Shown: positions 49,397 through 57,309 of the stretch, in pieces
Layout of the letters: every line of letters starts with the position of its first letter
Numbering within the stretch: position 1 is the stretch's first letter
Virus record (IMG/VR): IMGVR_UViG_3300014204_007706
Location: 7,584 to 71,583 of that record
Length of the DNA stretch: 64,000 nt
Direction: 5' to 3' (one strand)
DNA from: a virus
Lineage: Duplodnaviria > Caudoviricetes
Notes under the pieces: generated by a model
What the model was told of the DNA's origin: nothing
The model's database searches: none
What the model saw: only the letters and a program-made list of their open reading frames with translations
Program-made: the position numbers and the translations under genes

Positions 49397-49480
49397 TGCC
49401 AGGTAGAAAAATTGGTAACCTCAATTGGTTTTGAACCAATCGCGAAAGCACTGCTGGTTCGAATCCAGCCCTGGCAGCCA
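49397..49480 (+). tRNA. tRNA-Gln(TTG) with enlarged variable region
   Basis: TGCCAGG/CCTGGCA, G73; ATTGG-TTTTGAA-CCAAT; 12-nt variable region. Confidence 0.8.
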
Positions 49481-49521
49481 GTAGAAATAATTTGGGGGGA
49501 GAAGAAAAGATTTGTGCAAGG

Positions 49522-49550
49522 TTGACAGATTCCACCATTTAAGGTATACT
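49522..49550 (+). promoter_or_regulatory. Sigma-70-type promoter upstream of HNH gene
   Basis: TTGACA-17nt-TATACT. Confidence 0.7.
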
Positions 49551-49578
49551 TTCAGTAAAGATTTACGGAGGTATACAT

Positions 49579-50196
49579 ATGAAGGAAAAAGTAATGCCGG
49601 ATACGTCCGGAAAACTAAGAATGCACGTCGAAGTAGAATGCACCTACTGCAGAAAGTTATTTTGGAGACCTAAGCGGTTCTTAGATAGACACAAGAGGGC
49701 TTATTGTTCACCAAAGTGCGCTCACGCAGCACAGCAACAGCGTGTCGTTGTAACGTGTTATCACTGCGGAAAGAGTTTTACAAGAACTCAAACCAAGCTT
49801 AAGGGTAGCCGTAGTGGATTTTATTTTTGCTCTCGTGGGTGTAAAGACGCGTCACAGCGTGTGGAAAACAATGGACATAATTGGAACCCGCGTTATGTTA
49901 AGAATACGGGTAGGTACACATACCGTACCATTGCTTGGAGAAATTACCCACATAAATGTGCTTGTTGCGACTACGCTGAGCACGAAGAGGGGCTGGAAGT
50001 TCACCACATTGATGGTAATAGAAGGAACAACAAATTAGAAAACTTAATCATTTTGTGCGCTCTTTGCCACAGACTTGTAACAAATGGCGTTTATACTATA
50101 ATAGATAGAAAAATGGTTAAAAATACTGAAGAGTTAAAGTCTTTGACAAGATGTTTAGACGCTTATGATAAGATTACGGGCCGCGGGACTGCATAG
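49579..50196 (+). CDS. HNH endonuclease with N-terminal Zn-finger repeats
   Basis: CxxC...YCSxxC repeats; CACC...LEVHHIDGNRRNNKLENLIILCALCH. Confidence 0.88.
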   Translation: MKEKVMPDTSGKLRMHVEVECTYCRKLFWRPKRFLDRHKRAYCSPKCAHAAQQQRVVVTCYHCGKSFTRTQTKLKGSRSGFYFCSRGCKDASQRVENNGHNWNPRYVKNTGRYTYRTIAWRNYPHKCACCDYAEHEEGLEVHHIDGNRRNNKLENLIILCALCHRLVTNGVYTIIDRKMVKNTEELKSLTRCLDAYDKITGRGTA

Positions 50197-50256
50197 GGTG
50201 GTCATCTCACTTGCAATGAGAAAGTCAGCCGGGAGCGTTACCCGGGCGGTCCACCA
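50178..50256 (+). tRNA. tRNA-Ala(TGC), non-canonical T-loop AGCGTTA
   Basis: G3-U70 in GGGCCGC/GCGGTCC; TCTCA-CTTGCAA-TGAGA; A73, CCA. Confidence 0.82.
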
Positions 50257-50274
50257 AATATAGAAGGGAGATTT

Positions 50275-50541
50275 ATGCCACTGACCGATGACGTCATCGA
50301 AAGCCTAAATCTTTCTAAAGATTATAATGGGTATACGCGCCAATTTACCACCAATGAAGGAAGGCTAGCTTTACGCGTGGTGGTTTCACCGAAAAGGCGT
50401 AGGTGCCCGCAGCGTATTTCAAAGCATCAGTACATCATGAAGGGAACAACAAGTGGGCGAATGAGTTCAATGTCGGCAAATTTCGCGATGCTGTATGGCA
50501 TGGGCCGACCAACGAAGTTGGGGGACCTAAATGGGATCTGA
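50275..50541 (+). CDS. Small protein with CPQRISK motif
   Basis: 88-aa ORF, GGGAG RBS. Confidence 0.6.
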   Translation: MPLTDDVIESLNLSKDYNGYTRQFTTNEGRLALRVVVSPKRRRCPQRISKHQYIMKGTTSGRMSSMSANFAMLYGMGRPTKLGDLNGI

Positions 50542-50755
50542 CGAGGTTATAGTAGATAATGGTAAAGTCTCAAAAGACTTTGTGGTAGGCCAGGTTTACT
50601 GGAGTCCCTTATCGGGCAATGCAGAGGGAATAACTGTAGAAGTAAAGAAGAAGCGCCATAAGCATCCTCAAGCAATACTTCGGCGCAGTAAAATGTCTAC
50701 AGGTTTTAAAAAATATGGAAACTTCGTGAACAACTTGGACAACTCGAGATTTTAA
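50531..50755 (+). CDS. Small protein with HPQAILR motif variant
   Basis: 74-aa ORF overlapping previous stop. Confidence 0.55.
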   Translation: MGSDEVIVDNGKVSKDFVVGQVYWSPLSGNAEGITVEVKKKRHKHPQAILRRSKMSTGFKKYGNFVNNLDNSRF

Positions 50756-50757
50756 GC

Positions 50758-50786
50758 TTGACATTATAAGTAATTTTTGGTATGCT
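50758..50786 (+). promoter_or_regulatory. Sigma-70-type promoter for tmRNA
   Basis: TTGACA-17nt-TATGCT. Confidence 0.65.
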
Positions 50787-50828
50787 GTATATAGCGGTGC
50801 ACGTTGGACTTATAGTTCTTTCTCAGGC

Positions 50829-51184
50829 GGGGGCGACCGGATTCGACAGGGTTGCCGACAGATTAGAAGCGTGCCGAGACTCGCAATCGTTATCGCGGGA
50901 ACAAACAATTGCTAACCCAGACCTAGCACTTCAGGCTGCGTAAGTAATGCTCTGCTCAGTAGGCTGACTCATTGCAGCTGAACATGGAGAGTGTATAAAT
51001 TAGAATGCGCCAATGGGTTCGGAGAATGACGCCTATAGTAATCCGTAGCACAACTAAGAGTTAGGCGAAAGCGCGGAATGACTGCTAACAAACACCGCGC
51101 CGGAAATCATGATGTTAGACTACGCACGTAGAAGGAATCGATACGTTACCATGGACCTGGGTTCAATTCCCAGCGCCTCCACCA
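50829..51184 (+). ncRNA. ssrA: tmRNA; tag (A)ANPDLALQAA
   Basis: 5' GGGGGCGACCGGATTCGAC; 3' GGGTTCAATTCCCAGCGCCTCCACCA with G3-U; tag reading frame 50911-50943. Confidence 0.95.
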
Positions 51185-51188
51185 AAAA

Positions 51189-51390
51189 TGCCCGACATGA
51201 TGCCGGCTTCGGCCGAGACATCGAGTACTGCATCCTCAGGTAGTGCCCAGAAATGGGTATAAAGTAGACCGGAGAATTCTAGAATATCCGGGCGACTGCT
51301 CAACGACGAGGCATTCACTTAGGTAGGTAGCCTAGAGCTACTGGACGGTGATTTATAAGGCAGGCGGTGCAACTCCGCTTAGGGCACCGA
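51189..51390 (+). ncRNA. tRNA-like structured RNA of unknown function
   Basis: Acceptor-like TGCCCGA/TAGGGCA, T-arm GGCGG-TGCAACT-CCGCT, internal hairpins. Confidence 0.5.
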
Positions 51391-51445
51391 CTTATACGGA
51401 CGCTCCGTGTTTCGCTTTTAGAGCGTTTAATATAAAATATTTCTC

Positions 51446-51474
51446 TTGACAAAAACATAAACTTTTGGTATAAT
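51446..51474 (+). promoter_or_regulatory. Consensus sigma-70 promoter
   Basis: TTGACA-17nt-TATAAT. Confidence 0.85.
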
Positions 51475-51523
51475 GAACCCACGATAAAAATACTTAGCCC
51501 TTAGGGCGGAAAGAAGGCAACAC

Positions 51524-52045
51524 ATGAAAATCATCGAAGCGTTAAAAGGACTGAAAGAGCTCAAAAGAAAAGCAGAAGATCTTCGTGACAAAGTCTCCAG
51601 ACACTCCGCGTACAAAAGTACTGAGACAGCAGTTTACGGTACAAAGGAAGACCAGACCAAACAGATAAAGGAATGGCTGCAGTCTCACTCCGACCTCGTG
51701 AAGGAAATAGAGAGACTGACTCTCTGCATACATAAAACCAACCTGGAAACCCAGGTAACAATAAGGCTCGGCGATAAGGATGTAACCAAACCTATCGCGG
51801 CTTGGATTATCAGACGCACTGAGCTTGCCACGATGGAAGCCAGGGCATGGCATGGTCTCACTGACAGACATCTGTCAGAAGGAATGGAGACCAACAGCGC
51901 GGGGGAAAAGATACAGGTCAGCATCGTAAGGTGCTATGAACCAAAAGAGCGCGACAACAAGGTTATGCTTTACACGAGCGAACCTGCAGAAATAAACAGC
52001 AAGCTCGAAGTGATAAATGCTGTTACGGATTTAATCGAGAAGTAG
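51524..52045 (+). CDS. DIP1984/DUF6847-like coiled-coil protein
   Basis: MKIIEALKGLKELKRKAEDL...EIERLTLCIHKTNLET...INSKLEVINA; family recalled from pattern, not searched. Confidence 0.6.
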   Translation: MKIIEALKGLKELKRKAEDLRDKVSRHSAYKSTETAVYGTKEDQTKQIKEWLQSHSDLVKEIERLTLCIHKTNLETQVTIRLGDKDVTKPIAAWIIRRTELATMEARAWHGLTDRHLSEGMETNSAGEKIQVSIVRCYEPKERDNKVMLYTSEPAEINSKLEVINAVTDLIEK

Positions 52046-52204
52046 GGAGGAGATCCCGGGTTCGAGCCCCGGCCTGCGGAGGACCCCTTTTGGGTGCGCA
52101 GATGTGGTGTAGTGGATAACACACCTCCAAAACACGGAGACGCGGGTTCGAATCCCGCTGGAGGCCCCTGGGCCTCTGTCGTCTAGAGGCTAGGATACCG
52201 TGCC
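52046..52204 (+). ncRNA. Two tandem circularly permuted, anticodon-less tRNA-like units
   Basis: Each unit has the 3' half (anticodon-stem strand, T-arm, acceptor strand) before the 5' half (acceptor strand, D-arm, anticodon-stem strand); GGAGG/CCTCC and CACGG/CCGTG pair perfectly. Confidence 0.8.
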
Positions 52205-52218
52205 AAAAGTTCTTTAAC

Positions 52219-52568
52219 AGTTCACAGAGCCTACGTGCAAAGATAAAAACCGATACCAAAAACCACGAACTCCCATGACGATAATTGGGAAAATACAAAT
52301 TGGATTGTATAACACCGCATTTTTTGTAGGATGTCTCCTTCGGGAGAGTCTAACAAAAATCTAAGGGTAAGTCCGTAAGCCTAAAGTTCGAAAGTTCGAA
52401 AGACTCAATTTTCGAAAGAACGCAAGGAGGACGCCCGCAAGTCCGGAGCTCAATGCAGGAATGCTTAACCATTCCACCATGCAGAGAGAACGACCTAAAA
52501 CAAGTTAATGTTTATGGTTTTTATGCTCGGAACTTTTTAGGCTTCTTGCCTGGGAGGCGCTGTGAATT
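52219..52568 (+). ncRNA. Structured RNA domain with 8-nt repeats, contiguous with the permuted tRNA units
   Basis: Nested long-range helices, UUCG hairpin, AAAGTTCG repeats; no credible ORF. Confidence 0.65.
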
Positions 52569-52584
52569 TTATGAAAGATTTGTA

Positions 52585-52613
52585 TTGACAAACAGAGGTG
52601 TTTGTTGTACAAT
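52585..52613 (+). promoter_or_regulatory. Sigma-70-type promoter for the membrane/ABC operon
   Basis: TTGACA-17nt-TACAAT. Confidence 0.75.
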
Positions 52614-52652
52614 GTAGTCGTAATAAAAAAAGAATGAAAGTGGTGACGCTCA

Positions 52653-52865
52653 GTGGGAAAACTCATATCAGCCATGCTTACAGCCTTACTAATTGCCGTC
52701 GGTATTTCTTTAGCCTGTCTAGTTTACGCCCTTCCTATTATGTTGCTATGGAACTGGCTCATGCCCAAAATCTTCGGTCTCATTACTATTAATTTCTGGG
52801 AAGCCCTTGGTCTTTGTTGCTTAGCAGCGTTTTTATTCAAAAGTTCAAATACAAAATCCGAATGA
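52653..52865 (+). CDS. Small membrane protein
   Basis: Two hydrophobic segments; PIMLLWNWLMPKIFGLITINFWEALGL. Confidence 0.65.
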   Translation: MGKLISAMLTALLIAVGISLACLVYALPIMLLWNWLMPKIFGLITINFWEALGLCCLAAFLFKSSNTKSE

Positions 52866-52879
52866 AAGGAGGTATACTT

Positions 52880-53473
52880 ATGGCAGAGAAAAAGAAATTC
52901 AGCATCGCAGCACTGTTTATCAAGGAAGACGAAGCACCGAGAACACCTTCTACAAAAACAGAGGAAGTTCCAGCGGAAGCCACAGAAACACAGGCAGTAT
53001 CGGGCCAGGTTAGCGAGGAAGTTGCGTCAACACTCAAAGGAATCCTGGCAGAGAACAAGCTTGACGGATTTGAATATCTTCAGTTTCGGGAGACGCTCAA
53101 TAATATTGATATAGAAGATGAGAGCGTAAAGTTCAAATCAGCTATGGCAGCGGTTACAGCTATGAAGGGGAATCCGGAGGTTCTGCTTACGTCAGCGAAG
53201 TCTTACATTATGGTACTAAAGGACCAGTCCAAAGAGTATTCGAAACTTATGGCTGGCAAGCTTGCAGACGTAGCAGAAAAAGAAGGGGAAGCCGCCTCAA
53301 TGCAGGCACAGATCGAAAAGCTGCAGGCCAGCAAAGCTTCATTGGAAGCCGGCGCAGCAAAGACAAGAAAGAATATAGCGGCCAAGCAGGCCACGTTTGA
53401 CGCGACGTGTGCATCACTGGTTGATGAAATAGCAGCAGATATAGAAAAGATCAAAAAATTCAAGAAGGTTTAA
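52880..53473 (+). CDS. Coiled-coil protein of the ABC/OmpA module
   Basis: Start moved to ATG 52880 (AAAGGAGG); C-terminal coiled coil. Confidence 0.7.
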   Translation: MAEKKKFSIAALFIKEDEAPRTPSTKTEEVPAEATETQAVSGQVSEEVASTLKGILAENKLDGFEYLQFRETLNNIDIEDESVKFKSAMAAVTAMKGNPEVLLTSAKSYIMVLKDQSKEYSKLMAGKLADVAEKEGEAASMQAQIEKLQASKASLEAGAAKTRKNIAAKQATFDATCASLVDEIAADIEKIKKFKKV

Positions 53474-53482
53474 GGAGGCAAC

Positions 53483-54502
53483 ATGGGAACTGACTTAATG
53501 GGAGCACCTGTTAACAAACCGAAAAACTTCTGGGAAAAGCCGGAAGGAACCACAGCGACCGTGGTTAACGCAGTAGCCCTCGGTGGCGGCGCAATTGCGC
53601 TGGTTACATTCGCACCGGTGCTGCTTACACTTATGACAACACTTTTCGGGGCAGTATTGCTCGCGGGATTGTCCGCGGGAGCCATATTTCTGGCTATGCA
53701 GAAGAACTTTCGCAACCTTATGTGGTATGGCTATCAGAGTGCCATGAGGGGAGTCACAAGCCTGTTTGTAACTATTGATCCAATAGGTATTCTTAAGAAT
53801 TACGTAAAGTATCTTAAGGAGAATTTGGAGAAGATGGACAGCCAGGTAAGCGGACTCGGCGGACAGATGGAAGAAATGAAGCGTACAATGGACTCGAATC
53901 AGTCAAGTATGACAATGAGCCTGAAGTTAGCGTCAAAGGCCAAAGAAAAGGGCGACCAGATAAATACCACGCTTAACGCGAGGAAAGCCGGAAGACTGGA
54001 AAGCTCCAATATTACTCTAAGAACCCTCTATACAAAGATGGAAGTCATGTACCGCGTGTTGTCAAAGATGCGTGATAATGCCAGCATCCTTATAGAGGAC
54101 ACAGAGAGCGAGATTGAAACACGGGAAGCCGAGTATAATGCGATGAAAGCCGCACATGGAGCTATGAAGTCTGCCATGTCCATCATCAATGGTGACCCGG
54201 ACCAGAGGGCAATGTTCGAAATGTCTATGGAACAAACTGCAGACTCTATCAGTCAGAAACTTGGCGATATGCAGCATTTCATGGAGATCAGTCAGAAGGT
54301 TATGGACTCAGTTGACCTAACCAATGGTGTTATGACTGACGACGGCTTGAAAATGCTTGAGGAATGGGAAAACAAGTCCACCTCAACTCTCTTAGGCGAT
54401 GACAAGAAATCTGCGCTCGATGCAGCATACGATGACAAGCAGGTGCTGGACGTAAAGAAAGGTAAGAAAGCAAAAGGAAGCGATCTCGAAAAACTAATGT
54501 AA
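53483..54502 (+). CDS. Membrane-anchored long coiled-coil protein (PspA/IM30-like, inferred)
   Basis: Two N-terminal TM helices, DPIGILKNYV, long Met-rich coiled coil. Confidence 0.6.
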   Translation: MGTDLMGAPVNKPKNFWEKPEGTTATVVNAVALGGGAIALVTFAPVLLTLMTTLFGAVLLAGLSAGAIFLAMQKNFRNLMWYGYQSAMRGVTSLFVTIDPIGILKNYVKYLKENLEKMDSQVSGLGGQMEEMKRTMDSNQSSMTMSLKLASKAKEKGDQINTTLNARKAGRLESSNITLRTLYTKMEVMYRVLSKMRDNASILIEDTESEIETREAEYNAMKAAHGAMKSAMSIINGDPDQRAMFEMSMEQTADSISQKLGDMQHFMEISQKVMDSVDLTNGVMTDDGLKMLEEWENKSTSTLLGDDKKSALDAAYDDKQVLDVKKGKKAKGSDLEKLM

Positions 54503-54527
54503 ACATTCTCTTGAAAGGAGAAAAACT

Positions 54528-56075
54528 ATGAACAAACTGACAGGTTTTGCGAAAGGGTTGATAGCGGTAGTTATCGGTGCGGTCATCTTCGGCGGATGGA
54601 TGTATGCAAAGAAATCCGGCTTGATGGACAAGATCGCTCCGGTAAGCAAGGAAATGGCTTCAGCAGGTGCTGTAGTTAAGACGTCCGGGGGCGGCGGTAA
54701 GCTGAACAGGCCCATCCGCGTGGGTATTAACACGTGGAGCGGATTTGCCGGCATTGTGTACTGGAACAAAGGCATGAAGGCAAACACGGAGTCAAAGTTT
54801 TACACGAATGACGGGCTCCAGGTAGAGATACTCCAGATAGACGACATTCAGTCAGGTAAGAACTCCTGGATAGCGAACAAGATTGACGTATGGTATTGCA
54901 CGGTAGATTCCTTCCCGGTTGATGTTGGCGGGATAAAGTCGCAGCAGCCTAAGATTATTCTTCAGACAGACTGGTCACGCGGCGGAGACGCTATAGTAGT
55001 AGCGCCCGGAATTAACACGGTAGCAGACTTAAAAGGTAAGACTGTGGCATGCGCAGAAGGTTCACCTTCACACACTTTCTTACTGTGGATGCTTAAGGCG
55101 AATGAGATGCTTATGACAGATATAAAGCTTATTAAGGTAGCGAATGGTATTGATGCGGCAGCAGCTTTCAAAGCCGGCAAAGTAGACGCGGCAGTATGCT
55201 GGTCACCGGATGACCTGGATTGCGTAGACGCCATAAAAGGCGCGAAGGTTCTAATTAACACGAAAAAGGCGTCGAACATCATAGCGGACGCTATTTATGC
55301 AAAGAAATCCTTTATCGAGAATTATCCGAAAAGCGTTGAGGCCCTGGTAAAGGGATGGCTTGAAGCGAACGCGGCTATCAATGGTTCAGAGTCGGCAAAG
55401 ACAGAAGCGACCAAACTTTTCGCCACGAACTTTAATGTGCCGGAAGTGGTTGTGGACGTAAGGAACGCCAGGCTTTGTACATACGGGGACAACATGAATT
55501 TCTTTGAGATGAACCCGGCCTACGCAGGTGTAACCGGCAGGAGCTTGTATGAGGAAATGTCAAACGAATATGGCAACATCGGACTTGCAGGAACGGACCT
55601 TCCTTACTGGAGAGAGATCGCAGACGTGTCCATACTTAGGGGACTATCCAGTGTTCTGACCGGCCCGGAGCAGTCAGCTGAAGGCAAAGCAACATTTGCG
55701 CCGGTTGCCAACGCAGACTCCCTGCAGACGATTTCGTCAAAGAAACTTTCAATATCGTTTGAGTCCGGCTCGGCCATACTGGACCAGAACGCTCAGTATG
55801 TCATCCAGATGGGCTTTGGCAGCTTTGTTAAGTCCTTTGCCCGGTCCAGGATTAGGATTGAAGGAAACACAGACAGCGTAGGCGGCGATGAAGTAAACCA
55901 GCCGCTTTCAGAAAGACGCGCCCAGGCTGTGGCCAACTTTCTGATTAAGACCTACAAACTCGATTCGAACAGGATCCTTGTAGTGGGCAACGGATCGAAA
56001 AAGCCGGTAGCTTCGAACGATACTTCGGATGGACGCGCAAAGAACAGAAGGACAGACTTTGAGATAGTAGAATAA
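54528..56075 (+). CDS. NMT1/THI5-type ABC substrate-binding protein fused to an OmpA-like peptidoglycan-binding domain
   Basis: N-terminal TM; DWSRGGDAIV, LKGKTVA; C-terminal ISFESGSA...IEGNTDSVG...LSERRAQAV...NRRTDF. Confidence 0.88.
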   Translation: MNKLTGFAKGLIAVVIGAVIFGGWMYAKKSGLMDKIAPVSKEMASAGAVVKTSGGGGKLNRPIRVGINTWSGFAGIVYWNKGMKANTESKFYTNDGLQVEILQIDDIQSGKNSWIANKIDVWYCTVDSFPVDVGGIKSQQPKIILQTDWSRGGDAIVVAPGINTVADLKGKTVACAEGSPSHTFLLWMLKANEMLMTDIKLIKVANGIDAAAAFKAGKVDAAVCWSPDDLDCVDAIKGAKVLINTKKASNIIADAIYAKKSFIENYPKSVEALVKGWLEANAAINGSESAKTEATKLFATNFNVPEVVVDVRNARLCTYGDNMNFFEMNPAYAGVTGRSLYEEMSNEYGNIGLAGTDLPYWREIADVSILRGLSSVLTGPEQSAEGKATFAPVANADSLQTISSKKLSISFESGSAILDQNAQYVIQMGFGSFVKSFARSRIRIEGNTDSVGGDEVNQPLSERRAQAVANFLIKTYKLDSNRILVVGNGSKKPVASNDTSDGRAKNRRTDFEIVE

Positions 56076-56086
56076 CATAACCGCTG

Positions 56087-56118
56087 TAGGGGGTGGGCAG
56101 AGCGTCGCCCACCTCCTA
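56087..56118 (+). other. GC-rich intercistronic hairpin (likely mRNA stabiliser, no U-tract)
   Basis: TAGGGGGTGGGC/GCCCACCTCCTA 12-bp stem between binding-protein and permease genes. Confidence 0.6.
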
Positions 56119-56139
56119 TGGCATATAAGGAGGATATGC

Positions 56140-56937
56140 ATGAATAAATTTTTTGCCTTACGCGGAGAATTACCCAAGAAAACCGCAACCATTATATTTT
56201 ACGCCGGGCTGGCCACGCTTGTGTTCTTGTGGTGGGCTATTACGGCGTTCACAAAGATCAGCCCTACACTGCTACCGTCACCGGCTAAGGTGCTGGCTTC
56301 ATTCAATGAGCTTCATTTCCAAGACGCATTGGTTCGCAATACCATATATTCTGTAAAACTTAATCTTCTTGGTTATATGGAAGCCATTGCAGTTGCGGTC
56401 CCTATAGGATTCCTTATTGGACTCTTTCCATTATTCAGGGATATGTTCCGCCGGCACCTGGACGCTATCAGGTTTATACCGCTGACCGCGGTGACCGGGC
56501 TCTTCATAGCGTGGTTCGGTATCGAGGACAACATGAAAGTACAGTTTCTGGCATTTGGTATCATTGTATACCTGCTGCCTGTAGTTGTGCAAAGGATCCA
56601 GGAAGTTGATAACGTCTATGCTCAAACCGTGCAGACACTCTCAACCAAACAGTGGCATATAATTAAAAAGGTGTTCATTCCGGCGGTACTGTCAAAGGTG
56701 TACGAGGACATCCGCGTTCTTGTGGCCATATCCTGGACGTACATTATCGTGGCTGAAATGGTAAACAAGTCCGGTGGTATCGGTGCTATGGCGTACCTCG
56801 CCGCCAGGCAAAGCCGCGTGGATAAGGTATTCGCGCTGCTCGTGGTGATAATACTTATCGGAATAATACAGGACAGACTGTTCATGCTGCTTGACAGGGT
56901 ACTCTTTCCGTACAAGTATAAAAAGGAGAAAGTATGA
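56140..56937 (+). CDS. NitT/TauT-family ABC permease
   Basis: LLPSPAKV, IRFIPLTA, VFIPAVL, SWTYIIVAEM; multiple TM helices. Confidence 0.9.
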   Translation: MNKFFALRGELPKKTATIIFYAGLATLVFLWWAITAFTKISPTLLPSPAKVLASFNELHFQDALVRNTIYSVKLNLLGYMEAIAVAVPIGFLIGLFPLFRDMFRRHLDAIRFIPLTAVTGLFIAWFGIEDNMKVQFLAFGIIVYLLPVVVQRIQEVDNVYAQTVQTLSTKQWHIIKKVFIPAVLSKVYEDIRVLVAISWTYIIVAEMVNKSGGIGAMAYLAARQSRVDKVFALLVVIILIGIIQDRLFMLLDRVLFPYKYKKEKV

Positions 56938-57308
56938 ATAAAATACTAATGGGTTACGCTATTTTTGTTTTTGTTTTTCTTAGCTTTGCTCTTGTTGTAA
57001 ACGCAGGCGTACCGGGCCTGTCAGAGTTCGGTGACATCTCGGGCCAGGAAAAAGCCGCCATTAATGCATTTGCAACAAAGACTGACGCAAGCGTAGCGAA
57101 TTTGCAAAAACGGGTATTGGCGCTGGAAATGTGGGCGAACATGAAGGACCAGGACCCGCGGGTTCAGATACAACAGCTGCAGGCGCAGGTAAAAGAATTA
57201 CAGGCCATCGTAGCGCCTTTGCAGGCAGAGAATGAGCAGCTTAAGAAAGAAAAGACTATCCTATTACAGACGCTGAAGGTTTACCAGACAGCGCCGAAGG
57301 AGAAGTAA
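56934..57308 (+). CDS. Exported/membrane-anchored coiled-coil protein
   Basis: N-terminal signal/TM then heptad-rich segment. Confidence 0.6.
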   Translation: MNKILMGYAIFVFVFLSFALVVNAGVPGLSEFGDISGQEKAAINAFATKTDASVANLQKRVLALEMWANMKDQDPRVQIQQLQAQVKELQAIVAPLQAENEQLKKEKTILLQTLKVYQTAPKEK

Positions 57309-57309
57309 T

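Noticed and set aside
50143-50174. Sigma-70 promoter inside the HNH gene for tRNA-Ala
   Set aside because: TTGACA is present but there is no good -10 hexamer at 16-18 nt spacing; left unannotated
52098-52168. A normal-order tRNA (5' half followed by 3' half) in the middle of the permuted region
   Set aside because: Its anticodon strands (CCTCC versus CACGG) and acceptor strands (GCAGATG versus TGGAGGC) do not pair; each half pairs with the outer halves instead
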